From Eledone cirrhosa (Eukaryota), in the NCBI GenBank assembly GCA_964016885.1, contig OZ024744.1, forward strand, positions 52,204,001-52,268,000: a stretch of DNA of 64,000 nt, given 5' to 3'. This document shows positions 1 through 13,550 of this stretch, in pieces; position 1 is the stretch's first letter, and each line of letters starts with the position of its first letter. The notes under the pieces are model-generated. The model did not search any database. It saw only the letters and a list, made by a program, of their open reading frames with translations, and was not told the DNA's origin. Both the position numbers and the translations under genes were made by a program.

Positions 1-120
1 CCTGAGTCTCATGCCTGTTGGTTTAGCCCGTAAAATCTGTCCAGCGTATCTATCCTGAGACATTCTAACCACATACCCATAGTATCGGAGCTGTGATCAC
101 TCAATATATTTAAGTAAATA
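1..120 (-). mobile_element. RTE-clade (Rex3/Expander-like) LINE fragment, C-terminal region, cut by window edge
   Basis: Minus strand reads SQLRYYGYVVRMSQDRYAGQILRAKPTGMRLR, resembling the RTE C-terminal motif (QLRW.GHV.RM...RP.G.R). Shares AKPTG with the copy at 26.5 kb. Confidence 0.55.
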
Positions 121-309
121 AAGGTGGCTGTCTAGTTGGCCTTAATGGTAGCGCCTGTCCTGTATAGACAATACAGGTCAGCTGGTATCAAATAATACAT
201 GTAACCTTGACGTTCTTAAGACGTTTATGATGCAACATGTTGATCTCAGCTGGATAATAAGGATTTTCATTTTCAAATATTTACCTAGCATTTTTTATCT
301 TTGCATTAC

Positions 310-690
310 TATGTTATTATTATTATTATCATTATTATTAATATTATTGTTGTTGTTGTTATTATTAACTATAACCACCTCCACGACCACCACAATCTTC
401 TTCTTCTTCTTCTTCTTCTTCTTCTTCGTCAAACTAATACTGCTGTTATTACTATTAGAACTATTACTACTATAAGTTACATAAGCTGTTGTATTACAGG
501 AACAAAACCACTCAGTTTTAAAGTCTTACAATACAAAAACCTTTTTGTTTCAAGAGTAGGAGGCGGAGGAGGAGGAGGGAAGAAGAAGAAGAAGAAGAAG
601 GAGACGAAGAAGAAGAAGAAGAGGGGGGGGGGGAGAAGGAGCAGGAGGAGGAAGAGGGCGGAGGAGTAGGTAGACAAGAAGACAACAATA
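310..690. repeat. Compound trinucleotide microsatellites (ATT, GTT, CTT, GGA, GAA)
   Basis: Directly visible; explains the low-complexity ORFs 227-677. Confidence 0.9.
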
Positions 691-982
691 TCAGGGAGGA
701 TTAATGTAAGTTTGCAAAGTTTTTTTACTTATCTCTCGGTCGCTAACCTCACCTATGTTATGTTGAGCAGGTGACTAACTATTCTCTTAGTCTGCAAGCT
801 CACTTATTTATCTATTCTACCTTCAGCAGGTGACTAACACGTGCAACATTCCATCGAACTTCTCTTTCATTCCACGTTACAGTCACTTATTGCATTGTAC
901 AGTTGTAGCATTGTAGCATGGCTTTGTTGCTATTTTTTTCTTAAGCTCTTGCTGCAGCCGCTTGGATTATGTATGCTTTATA

Positions 983-1270
983 TGTTGGTTAAGAGAGTGG
1001 GACTGGCTTTGTGCAGTGCCTTTGCTCACTCTAAAAGCTTCACGGCACAGGCATTGCTTTATATCTGGAGATCTATCTGCACTTGTCATCACATGATACC
1101 ATGGGCCCAGCACTATGTGTCAATAAATATCACAAGTGTAGTGTTTGTACCAGAGTTTTCAAGTCGCTGGCTGAACTAAAAAGTCACACTCGTTCAGCGC
1201 ATCGGTAGGGGTTCTCCTACATGGTTATAAAGTAGTGGCCGTACTCGAAAAGGAGTTGGCAGCCACCATA
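983..1270 (+). mobile_element. RTE-derived 3' end encoding a C2H2 zinc-finger remnant, followed by a (TA)n tail
   Basis: Highly similar to the reverse complement of 15672-15945; encodes [24 protein letters not shown] and ends in ...CTCGAAAAGGAGTTGGCAGCCACCAT before (TA)n. Confidence 0.65.
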
Positions 1271-1407
<137 letters not shown>

Positions 1408-1865
1408 TGTTATACTTGGGGATGGTCATATTTTTGTAATAATATTGCCAGAAATAATAACAGAACACACTCACTGTTTGGTTGGTTTTCTCTTCTGTAT
1501 CTTTTATATCTCCACAGTTAATTCATCCGGTCCTTCCTAAATGTATACAATTCACTGACCAACGGTAAAAAATGCACCTATAATATAGGTATAAACACAT
1601 ATATATGTATATATATATATAGAGAGAGAGAGAGATTCAGCGAGAATCACATTTCGGCGGGTAGAAATGGCGAAACGAAACGCATGAATCAGATAAAATA
1701 CTGGCAAGCGCTCCATAGTTAAAAAACCAGAGCTAAACAATATGTTAAGACGCCATACAAAACTGAAATAGTTGTCAGGAAAGCATCAACCACCTAAGCC
1801 AAAAAGCAAATCAAGCTAAACAGCTCAAAACAAAATAAATGATAAAAATACATGATAAAAATTAA

Positions 1866-1943
<78 letters not shown>

Positions 1944-1944
1944 G

Positions 1945-2292
1945 TATATAAGTATGTATACGTACATATATATATGTATACAGACGTACAGTAGTAAGTA
2001 TATACATACATGCACACATTTCATTTCTCACTCTTAGTACGGCTGTTACTTAAATATAAGTATGTATACGTACATACATATATGTATACAGACATACAGT
2101 AGTATGTATATATATATACATATATGCACACATATATATATGTACGTATGGGTTTACCGAACATTTATTATAATGCTCGGTTTGTTTGTAATCAACGACT
2201 GTACGTCTGTATACATATATGTATGTACGTATACATACTTATATTTAAGTAACAGCCGTACTAAGAGTGAGAAATGAAATTTCATTTTTTCC

Positions 2293-2333
<41 letters not shown>

Positions 2334-2360
2334 TAAATGGAAAAAATGAAATTTCATTTC
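1945..2360. mobile_element. Fold-back copy of the 44-45 kb/58 kb hammerhead element family (ribozyme portion absent)
   Basis: About 2020-2100 is inverted at about 2197-2280. The sequence TTTCATTTCTCACTCTTAGTACGGCTGTTACTTAAATATAAGTATG recurs near 44585, 45110, 58230 and 58650. Confidence 0.75.
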
Positions 2361-2507
2361 TATAAACAACTATAAACAGGAAGGTCAATAATTTCCTATT
2401 ACCTTATTACCAGTAAGAGACATAGCTCAATGTATGAACATCAGTTGTTTTACAGAGCAGGAAAATAAATAAATTAGACAATTATCAAAGTTGTGTTCAA
2501 ATCATTT

Positions 2508-2559
2508 AATAGCTGACAATCGTTTCTTGCAAACACTCATTTGTAGTCATCGGAGCATT
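2508..2559 (-). ncRNA. Type I hammerhead ribozyme, core variant CCGAUGA, in the Penelope 3' region
   Basis: Minus strand: AAUGCU-CCGAUGA-CUACAAAUGAGUGUUUGCAA-GAAA-CGAUUG-UC-AGCUAUU. Confidence 0.6.
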
Positions 2560-3834
2560 ATCAATGTTTGTACATGTAATTAACCTCCTATTCAACTGAA
2601 CAATAATATAGATACATATATATTGATGTTATGAGCAATAGTTTCGTATTTACAGGGTGGAATGGATGTGACATATATTTTACGATAATTGTACGAAAAT
2701 TCAAATTCAAATTCAAATTCAAATTAAAAGCACAGAGTGGAATACATGCAACAGATAATACAAGAGAATAGCCTAATAATTAAAGAGGCATTGTGAAAGG
2801 AGCTTTGAGAAAGAAAGAGTTCTTTAGCAATACATATGCAGGTGTGTAGAAAGTGCACATGCGTTGACATACATATGATAAGGAAATAAGCAAAGTTATT
2901 ATGTATCTATAGATAAAAAAATACTGTGTTTTAAGCAAAAATGTAATGTATTAAAATCTAAGGTGGACGTAGTTTGTTGATAGTGTTTGAATTTGTGTGT
3001 GTTGAGAAGAATAAAGTTATTGCAGTCTCTTCCATTACATATGTTGAATTATATTTTAGTTAATGTTTATATTGAATGTTTAAGTTAGTTAAAGCAATGG
3101 ATTGTAAATTAGTCTTATTTTATTCATATACATGGAATATATTAGTTCAACAGTTAGGTTTTCTAACGGTTAAAATATCCGGAAGTGAGTAAGGGGAGGT
3201 AACTAGCTAATTAAATTCAGTTATTCAAAATCTTTGCTCTAATACACATTATAATGTGATACAATTGAATCTCTATTACATACTGCTTTTAAACACAGTG
3301 TGTTTTATTATAATACATTAAAGGTCCCTTAAGATTGTTATCCATTCATTACTGGACAAGATATATGTTATGGAAAATAGCTGTTTATATGTTTAACTAG
3401 ATATATCACCTGTGCAATAATATACATTATTGTTTAATAATTAATCCCATGCATACAATGCTATTACATTATATATTTAAATATAAATGTATATATACTT
3501 TATTATTACTACATTGTGTTAAAGGTAGATCCTTATATACATGTTATTAATTTAAGTATTTAATTCACAAATGTCTATATACTTTATTACTACATATTAC
3601 ATCGTCTCAACATATTAAATATCCATTACAATATAATTAAGCTATACTAGTTATACCAAAAGGTGGTAACTTTATGTTTAATTCTAACAGTTATTGCAGA
3701 GTATAAGGTTAGAGGTACATAGGAGTTGTGTAGAGGGAAGAGCCGATCAAAGAGTGTGTAGTTTTGGGGGCTGATAAATCCTAGATGTCAAGTGTTAAAT
3801 GTGGTGGAGAATTCAAATCCGACATTGATAAATA

Positions 3835-4280
3835 CTAACAGCTAGGTTTAAAGTTATGGAAAGAGTGACAGTATCGGTGTTGGCACGAGGAAAATGTCTC
3901 CGACTTTTTATTAAGGTGGTCTGGTTTCGAAAAGACTATAGTATGGGTCTCTAGAAGACAGAGATTACACAATTTATTCGGTGGTTTATACGATGATGCC
4001 CTACCTACTACTTCCCATTGCAGTGTAATTGGTCTATTCCTAGTTTTCAGAGAGTGTACGTAGCTAGATAAAGAAGTGGAGTTGGCTAGATTGTGTTTCT
4101 TGAAAGAGTGGAGGTGTGAGTTGTATCTCGTCTTGAAGCTGTTCGAAGCAGAGCCGATATATGTTTTAGAAGAGTTGTTTGGGTTGACGGTGCATGAGTA
4201 GACGATGTCTTTGGTTAAACAATTATTACCTAAGGGGCAAGTTCTATTAGATCTACAGTTACATTTATTCTGGGTGTTAG
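3835..4280 (-). pseudogene. Penelope GIY-YIG endonuclease domain
   Basis: IVYSCTV...TYIGSASNSFKTRYNSH...CNLCLLE...SSCQH. Confidence 0.9.
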
Positions 4281-5330
4281 CTATGTTGTGAAGAATTCTG
4301 GTTGCTAGGGATAACACTAGGGTAATGATGTCTATCATTCGTATTGTTATTGATTTCATTAGTGCTATTACCACTATTATTACTACTATTGTTTACAGGT
4401 ACTAAGTTTACCTCCTGTTGTGTTTTAATTAGTTGGAAATAATTATTAATCTTCCTCTTATTACTACTAGCTATATAGTATGCTATGTTAGATGTGGTGG
4501 AGTACGATATTTTAATTGTATTTTTATTGATAAGGTTATGGTACTTGTGGCCGGTCGGGAAGTTTTTTTCTAAGATTGAGAAGAAAGCCTTAGGCAAGTT
4601 GGTAGAGATGTTTAGATTGAAAGGGGGGTTGAAGAATGTATTAGTTCTCCTTCTATTTTTGTTTATAGTATTGCTTTTTGAGGTATTTATATCCCTGTTT
4701 ATATTATTATTGTGGTGTTTACTTTGGTGCGAGTTAAGTTTGGTATTAATCTTCGTCTTAGAGTTATAGTGGCTAGTGTTTATACTATTTTTCCTCATGG
4801 CCATATTATGAGAAATAATGTAACTATGTGATTTTATAGGTAGGAGTTCAATCTCATTCCTATGTCCTGATTTAGCTAAGGCCTCATTATAGTAGTGTGA
4901 ATTATTGTTAAATATGGTTTCATTATATGAGAGATTAGAGATTCTATTAGATATTCCTTTAGTAATAGAGTTTAATATGGAATTAGGGTGGTTAGAGTTG
5001 GTGTTCACATAAATTAGTTTTTCGTTAGATTTATGAAGGGGTGTGTATATTTTAGAGTCTAGGGTAAGGGTAGCATCAAGGAAGATTTTATCTAAGGTGA
5101 TACTTAAGTTGAAGTTTTTGAAAATGTTGTGTAACTGTTTCCTAGTTTTTTCTATATTAAATTTTTTATAGTCTATAAGAAGAAGCGCATCATCGCGGTA
5201 TAAACCACCATTGGGGTAGGGTAGGTTCTTATGAATTTCATTAAGTAGGTATAGGCCCACCAAACGGTGACCTGCGCCGAGTCACTAGATTCCATAGTTA
5301 TGTCGAAGTTGTTATGCGTATCCTTGCGGG
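4277..5330 (-). pseudogene. Penelope-type reverse transcriptase, C-terminal part (frameshifted)
   Basis: YRDD catalytic motif, PLE thumb motifs and an Asn-rich linker. Confidence 0.88.
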
Positions 5331-5362
5331 TCCATAATTGTCCAGTCCAGAAGTGGACTGGA

Positions 5363-5404
<42 letters not shown>

Positions 5405-5408
5405 GTAT

Positions 5409-5783
<375 letters not shown>

Positions 5784-6110
5784 CATTCTCCAGTCCACTT
5801 CTGAGCAAGGAAGATGGGAAAAACTTACTCCAACACTTAATTTTAATCTTTAATTTTTAGTTTTTAATTCCTATTAATTCTTTTTAATTGTAATACTCAA
5901 CATTTGATAAGATGAAGTTTACTAATACATTGAAACAGGTAATACTTTATATACTTTATATACATTATAAAACTCTTTTTTAAAAGAATTGTCCCTCTCA
6001 TTTTTTCAATGTCATCTTTTCAATCATGTTACTCTGACGAATCAAAGAAAGAAAAAAAAAAGATAAACAGACTCTAAAATATATTTTCCGTGCTATTTCC
6101 AACTTCACAA

Positions 6111-6169
<59 letters not shown>

Positions 6170-6204
6170 GTGTGTGTGTGTACCACAGCCAACAACAATA
6201 ACAA

Positions 6205-6770
6205 CATCCACAAAAAGCGGCAGTACCTTCAGTGGATAAGTCTTGAGTCGGCGAGGACGAAGAAAGTAGGACAGTAAAAGTCGATAGTCAAACTTACGTT
6301 GATCGCTTTCTTCGATGAGAGGTTCATCGTCCAGGAAGAGTTCTTGTCTCAAGGCCAGACGATCATTCAACATGTATATACAGAGTTCCTGCGGCGTTTC
6401 CTTGGTTTTGAGACGTGGTGAGAGTTGTGACAGGACAACTCATGGTTGCTTCACAACGACAAAGCGTTAGCTCACAACGCCCAGAGCCCTCAGCAGTTCC
6501 TGGCGAAGAACATTACCAAGATAGAAAACCACCCTATGCACCCGATTTGGTTCCGTGTGATTTATTTTATTTTCCCCAAGCTCAAGAGGCTCATCGAGGC
6601 GTCCCGTTTTCTGGACGTGGAAATCATAAAGGGGCCTTGACAACGGAGCTGTATGGAACCGTAGCGGAGTAGGATAGGAAAGTGCATTACACTATTTTGA
6701 AGAGGAAAACTTGTAGTTTTGAAATATATATTACGACTTCAGGCCTGTTTCTTATATGACATACCTCACA
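6205..6770 (+). mobile_element. Decayed mariner (DD34D-type) transposase fragment
   Basis: Reads KSIVKLTLIAFFDERFIVQEEFLSQGQTIIQHVY, WLLHNDKALAH (cf. HHDNAPAH) and PPYAPDLVPCDLFYFPKLK (cf. PYSPDLAPCDFFLFPKLK), with frameshifts. Confidence 0.88.
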
Positions 6771-7134
6771 GAAACCATAAGAGAAGAATGCTATTCACAC
6801 ACAAACACACACACACACACACATGTATATATATATTTATATATATATATTATATATGTATATATATACATTTATATATCTATGTATCTATACATTTCTA
6901 TATACTTCAAAAGAATATATTTTTTAAACAAATGACCATATAATCATAAGGTAACTTGTACAATATATGTCTGAATATAAAGTGTTATTCTTATTTTATA
7001 ACATTTAACATTCCTTTAAAGTCATTTATATTGAGCTTTTATAAAAATTTAAAATAAAATCGGATGATATCTGTTGATAAACCCTGTATATGTTATGTGT
7101 AAGAATATTTTCGAAACAGCGAGTTGGTTTGAAA

Positions 7135-7339
7135 TTATTAGAAATGTAAGGTATCGCCGTATTTTGACTAAAGAAATTAAAGAAATTATTTAGCCTGATA
7201 GTGGGGTTAAGAACCCTCGGAGAAATGGAAACAGATGAGTATTGACGTACCTCCGAGGGTTCTTAACCCCACTATCAGGCTAAATAATTTCTTTAATTTC
7301 TTTAGTCAAAATACGGCGATAGCTTACATTTCTAATGAT
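7135..7339. repeat. Near-perfect inverted repeat, ~85-bp arms with ~30-bp spacer
   Basis: TTAGAAATGTAAG...GAACCCTCGGAG versus CTCCGAGGGTTC...CTTACATTTCTAA. Confidence 0.9.
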
Positions 7340-7625
7340 AGTAATAATAATATTAATATATATATATATATATAAAATTTCAGGTTATCAATAATGAAGC
7401 AGTGATACATAGGTATTCCGTCTGTTACAGAAACATATGTCAATACCTAATAAATTCCTTTTTTAAAAAAAGCACTTTCATTTTATATTCATCCTTTCTA
7501 TATATATATATATATATATATATATGCATATTTAAATATATATATATATATATATTATATATTATGAAATACTGTTGGCTTCTTGTTCACATTAATTTCT
7601 TGTTCACATTAATTTCTATATTTTC

Positions 7626-7673
<48 letters not shown>

Positions 7674-8290
7674 TGACACACATACACAACCACATACAGA
7701 CAGCCACCCACGCACACATACACACCCACACAGATACACACCCACACAGATACACATGCACACACACACACATAAATATATATATATATATGTGATATGT
7801 GTGTGTTAAGGAAAACGCTGTAACTGTTGTGCAGTTGTGTTTTCAATTATTCTAGTATACATATGTATATATATATATATATTTACATACGATTTTTTTC
7901 TAAATGTTAGGGTGAAGTGTTAGGTGGGGCTTTTAAAAATTGGACCAATTTTTTCCTAAGGAACAGGAATATTCATAATGACTCACAGCAATTAATCATT
8001 CTGGTACGATAAACAAAGTTTCTAAAAGCAGCCCCTTACAGAATAACAAACTGCGATGAATGTTATAAAATATGTTATCTCGAGTCGGTGGTATTTTTTA
8101 AAACCACCATTTGAACAATGATGGATGCATAATATTGATTTTAATGGAAACTTACTGTTACAATTTCAGGCATTCTACAGAGAGAGAGAGAGAGACTTAT
8201 CTTTGTTCCTATCATCAATACATCTTGAAAATATAGAATATGGAAGACTTTTTCTCATATCTTTCTTTCTTTATTGGTTTCTTTCTACCA

Positions 8291-8354
<64 letters not shown>

Positions 8355-8417
8355 TATATATTCCCAAATATACATGCGTATATATATATATAATAAAATA
8401 ATATATATATATATATT

Positions 8418-8529
<112 letters not shown>

Positions 8530-8832
8530 TGCGTGTGCGTATGTGTGCGTGTGTGTATGTATATATGAGTGTGTGTGTATGTTTTGTTTATTATTTTTTA
8601 TTGACAAGCTTACAATTTCTCTGTTTAGTAGAGTTGTCCAAATTTAGATACGAAATTGTATTTTTCAATAAAGAATATGTGACTTGTTTAACATAGCACA
8701 TAAAAAAGAATTACCCGTACAATTTTGTAAAATAAGAAAAAAATGTGCATGCGTTATAGGGAGAGTGAGAGAGGTGAGAGAGGTGAGAGGAGGGTGGAGA
8801 GTGAGAGGAGAGTAAGAGAGAGAGAGAGGAGA

Positions 8833-8883
<51 letters not shown>

Positions 8884-9385
8884 GGAATCGGAAGAACGGG
8901 CTGAATGGCTCAGACAACGAAAAAAATAAATAATAATTTAAAAAAAAATGATTAAATAAATAAATAAAAGAATACGTGTGATGACAAGAAACGTTTGTTA
9001 TGATAGATCAACAAATGGAAATAATTGTATATATGATTGAAAAGTTACGATAGTGATTGAAATTAATCACTGTCATCGATGTTGATACGATATAATCAAG
9101 AAGTGTTTATTTATTTATTTACTTTTTTTTATCAGATAAAAACGTAAGTGAAGTTGAGAAGTACGGAGGAGTTGTTTGTGTTGTTTGTGTAATTTGTATC
9201 GTCGCTGTTGGCTACGTGGTGTTTTCCTCTTAAAAATATTATACCATTCCTTGTTATATGGAAGATGAGCAACAAATTCATGGCCATGTATGTATGTATA
9301 CTTGCATTAATGTTTGTGTGTGTGTGTGTGTAAGTATGTATATACGTATTCATGTGTGGGTGTATGTATGCATGTATGCATGCAA

Positions 9386-9444
<59 letters not shown>

Positions 9445-10473
9445 TAATATAATTCAGAGTTTACACTCAATAGGGTCATTTATTGTCAATTACAACAAAA
9501 ACACGTAAGTGTTTATCATATATTCACATATATTTACCTATACTGCGATTCTGTTTTTCTCTCTCCCTCTCTCTTACTGCTCCCTCGTTCTCTCTGTTTC
9601 TCTTACTTTCTTTCGTCCCCTCTGTCATGTCAGTTAACACTTTCTCTCTACTGACCTCTTCCTCACACTTCCACTCACTCACTCACTGTTTCTCCCCTTC
9701 TCACTTCCCCCCGTTCGCGACGTTAACGATTCCTTCTTTCTTACATCGGATTCATCTCGAAAGGTCTATTTATCTACTCGCTCATATATTCACCCAGCTT
9801 ATACTGATAGAATAACTATGTAGCTTGTGTCTTTTCCTATCTTCGGTTAGCTTTCCTCTATGTTGTTTACTTGTCTCACTCGCTTTACGCGTTTTAATTG
9901 TCCTAATAACTTATTTTAGTTATTATTGCGCCAACGTGAGGTATATGATTTTTAATGCAATGAAATACCTATGACCGTTGGTAAATCACTGATGAGGGAC
10001 TCATTTTATAACATGTTATCCATGTGCAACCATGCAGTATTCTTCTCCCCATTTTTTCACATATATATATATATATATGTAGGAGGTGAGTTTTATTGTA
10101 GTACAATAAAGCAATGCAGATATCGGATAAGAAGCATGTGTGTATGTATGAATGTACGTATATATGTATTCACGTGTGTATATGTATGTTAGACATAAAT
10201 AACAGAAATATATATTATTGTGTTTATAGAACAAAATAAAGCTTACCTTGCGCCGTTATAGTATGTTTCGGAAACATGGCTTGTGTATACGTTTGCATGT
10301 ATCTCTCTCTCGCTCTTTCTTTCTCTCCCGCTCTCTCTGCCTATCTCTCTTTCTATGTTACACACATACACATATATATATATATTTATATACATATGTG
10401 TGTGTCTGTGTGTGTGGAGAGAGAGAGAGAAAGGAAGAGAGAGAAATAGATATAGAGAAGGAGAGAAAGAAAG

Positions 10474-10505
<32 letters not shown>

Positions 10506-10508
10506 GAG

Positions 10509-10579
<71 letters not shown>

Positions 10580-10580
<1 letters not shown>

Positions 10581-10932
10581 TTCTTTATTAGCCACAGGGG
10601 CACAAAAGAAGGGGACAAATACAAAGGGGGAAGTTTACATACAATAAAAACGTGTAAAATGTCACAAATGGAATTTAAAAAGTTAGTCGGTTTTCCCCAA
10701 TAGAGGGAGACAGTTTATATGGGTAACACATACCCCCGAAAAAAAATGTGCATCCCTCATCTCCAGGAGTACGAAGAGTTTGTACTCCTTTCCTCTCCTC
10801 CTTCTTTTCCTCAACCTACAGGCTGATATAGAGAGAAGGCCCATTCACTCGGGCCATTCTCGCCACTTTCACCCACCTTTCATAAAACTTGCTGGGGTAC
10901 AGCACCTCTCTCTCCATCCTGATTCTTCTTCC
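10580..10932 (-). mobile_element. L1/Tx1 3' fragment embedded in (GATA)n
   Basis: Minus strand encodes RIRMEREVLYPSKFYERWVKVARMARVNGP and ends CCCCTGTGGCTAATAAAGAAATC. (GATA)n lies on both sides. Confidence 0.85.
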
Positions 10933-11172
10933 ATAGATAGATAGAGAGATAGATAGATAGATATGCTACTATTGAAAACACGACTATGTTTTAGTTTGAT
11001 CAATTTTGTGAAGATTGTTTTTCTATTAGTTCTATATCTTTACTTTGGAACAGTAGCTTTCCTGAATCTTTGTCAGATTCAACGTTTCGAAGTCGCCACG
11101 GTTGCATCTTAGAATCATAATGGGCAAACCAGTCATGCACCGGTCACGTGCTTAGCAGTGGCCTTAAGATAT

Positions 11173-11380
11173 AATTGTTTCTATATTTGGCACAAGGTCA
11201 GCACTTTTTGAGGAGGGGAAATTCGATTAATCGACCCCAGTACATTACTGGTACTGTATTTCATCCACCTCATAAGGATGAAAGGGAAAGTTGAGCTGTG
11301 TGGGATTTGAACTCAGAGAACAGAAAGCCAGTATTCATTCCTCAAAGTATTCCATCAGACGCTCTAACCACTCTGCCAAC
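11173..11380 (-). mobile_element. tRNA-derived SINE (diverged copy)
   Basis: B-box GAGTTCAAATCC, CCTTTCATCCTT core and CCTTGTGCCAA 3' part shared with the other copies. Confidence 0.8.
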
Positions 11381-11474
11381 TCATATGTAATCAGACAGCC
11401 ACACATTTAGTCGCATACTCAAAAACTCACAGAAACTCTTACACACAGACATATATCTATACCCACATATAGAC

Positions 11475-11676
11475 TGGCAGTACCGGTAGAGGGTCGGACG
11501 CCATGCTTTGCAGCAAATTTGAGGGAGGGGAAAGTCGATTAAATCGACACCAGTGCGTGACTGGTACTTTATTTTATCAACCCCGTAAGGATGAAAGGCA
11601 AAGTTAACCTCGGCGGGATTTGAACTCAGACCGTAAAGCATGGTGTCTGACGCTTTACCGATACAGCCGAACCACC
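11475..11676 (-). mobile_element. tRNA-derived SINE with a short inverted SINE head (11475-11513) joined to it
   Basis: Same B-box and core on the minus strand. Plus-strand TGGCAGTACCGGTAGAGGGTCGGACGCCATGCTTTGC is the family head. Confidence 0.8.
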
Positions 11677-12549
11677 GTGTTAAAATAAGATGGATTTCCT
11701 CTTTTGGTTCCAATTTACTCTGCCCTATCCCGACTAATTCGAATGTCACAGCGTCTTTATCCGGATGCTGTTGTAGTTCACCAAATAAGGAAGTTTTTGT
11801 AGTCGTAGCGTTTTTCTTAAAACTACCAGACTTTGAAAAACTCTTCCATCTCATTTTCCCTTCGTTTTTATGACTTGAACTCTTTCATGATTAAAGTAAA
11901 TTCCTTTCGTCTTAATTTCTCCTTCTTCGTAGTCCCTTAAACTAAGTAGCTTTGCGTCTTGGTCGGGACTTTCTAATAAAGATAAAATCGTGGACACCTG
12001 ATATAAACAGAATATTACAACGGTTAAAACATGACAGTTTATATCATATTTGGTTTCACGTATATTGTATCTGTGTTTTATTTTTGATTTATGTTTTGAT
12101 ATTAATAAATTAAAAAAAAGCTCTCCATAATTCTGTGCGCAATAATTATCTAATGTCGTCCTATCTTATTATGTGACATGTCCTCGATACTCGAAACATT
12201 AGTACACACGTAGATTAAGGAACGCTACAGTTCCGAATCAAGCATAAAAAGCTAATAAGGGAATATGGAAAAAATACTTAATAAAAAAATGATCAAACTG
12301 GAGCACAATCATGTCTTCTGAAACCACCTCCAACCCCCCCCCCCCCCACACACACACACGATTATGTATTTAGTTTAATTTGTAGAGCTAATATTTATTT
12401 TTGAGTCTCAGCTATGGTTATATTTCAATAAACTTTTAATATTGAATTTATTTCTTGATTAAGGAGAATCGATCGACTTTCGTCAAATCGGACCGAGAAA
12501 ACAATGTTTCCGTTGGTCTTTCCAATTGCTAATACTATCTATCAGTCAT

Positions 12550-12670
12550 AACTCCAGGTAGAAGGAGCAACGTGAAATAAAGTGTCTTGCTCAAGGGCAT
12601 AACGCATCGCCTGCTCCACGAATCGAACTCACACCCAGTTCCAGTTCTCTAATCAATCAGCCACACGCAT
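12550..12670 (-). mobile_element. Fragment of a second SINE family
   Basis: Minus strand has the B-box-like GAGTTCGATTC followed by the core-like GCCCTTGAGCAAGACACTTTATTTCAC. Confidence 0.55.
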
Positions 12671-12959
12671 TCTTGATTAAACATTCAGAAAATGACAGCC
12701 ACATTGGAAAGGACTATAAATGTTATAAATGTGAGGAAAAGGAGGGGAAGAGCATGGATTACTAAAGAAAAGATGAAAGAAAAGGGTAAGGTTAAGGGTG
12801 ATAGATCCTATACGTAGGTCAGAATGATGTTTCGGCTGCGCCCCACGGAGGCAAAGGCACAATAAACTACCGCTTAAAATATGAATGCATTTTCATAATT
12901 AACAGGTCCTCTGCTAAGTCGGTTTAAATAAAATTATTTTCAATATATTTGTCAAATAA

Positions 12960-13150
12960 TAATTGTTTCTACTTTTGGCACAAGGCCAGCAAATTACCCA
13001 GTACATTACTGGTACTTTATTTTGTCGACCCCGTAAGGATGAAAGGTAAAGTTAACCTCGGTGGGATTTGAACTCAGTCCGTAAAGGAGCGTAACTCTGT
13101 GCTGCAAAGCAAGGTGCCCGACCCTCTACCGATACTGCCAATCCACCACC
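12960..13150 (-). mobile_element. tRNA-derived SINE
   Basis: A-box TGGCAGTATCGG, B-box GAGTTCAAATCC, core CCTTTCATCCTTACGGGGTCGAC and ATT tail. Confidence 0.9.
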
Positions 13151-13359
13151 AGTGGATTATACGTCAAATAATAATTCATCTGGCGTATAAGCACACATAC
13201 ACGCACACACATACACGCGCACATATATTTATACCCCCATACAGACAGTCAGAGAGACACGCGTGCATACACACACACAGACATTAGTATGGTATGGTAT
13301 GGTACCGTAACACCTGATGGTGTCGTAGGGTTGCCGATAGAAACATTTATTATTAACTA

Positions 13360-13550
13360 ATAATTGTTTCTACTTTTGGCACAAGGCCAGCAATTACGCC
13401 GTGCATTACTGGTACTTTATTTTATCGATCCTGTAAGGAGGAAAGGCAAAGTTAACCTCGGCGGGATTTGAACTTAGATTGGAAAGGGCCGTAACTCTGT
13501 GCTGTAAAAGCATGGCGTCCGACCCTCTACCGATACTGCCAATCCACCGC
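13360..13550 (-). mobile_element. tRNA-derived SINE
   Basis: Same structure as 12960-13150. Confidence 0.9.

Larger units (their letters stand above)
2360..5340 (-). mobile_element. Penelope-like element, 5'-truncated: RT C-terminal half, GIY-YIG endonuclease and long AT-rich 3' region with hammerhead
   Basis: FDITMESSDSAQV, VGLYLL and GGLYRDDAL (RT motifs); YVNTNSNHPNSI; FFNPPFN; KISYS; CNC..CPL..CL..DIVYSC..TYIGSAS..FKTRY..H and CNLCLLE (GIY-YIG). Frameshifts split ORFs 5173-5430, 4277-5263 and 3835-4374. Confidence 0.93.

Noticed and set aside
10241-10280. Minus-strand first exon MFPKHTITAQ with a GTAAG donor
   Set aside because: Too short to tell from chance, and no downstream partner exon was identified.
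11745-11853. UGA read-through/selenoprotein extension of the 11.9-kb frame
   Set aside because: No SECIS or homology seen; a short open frame after a stop is expected by chance.
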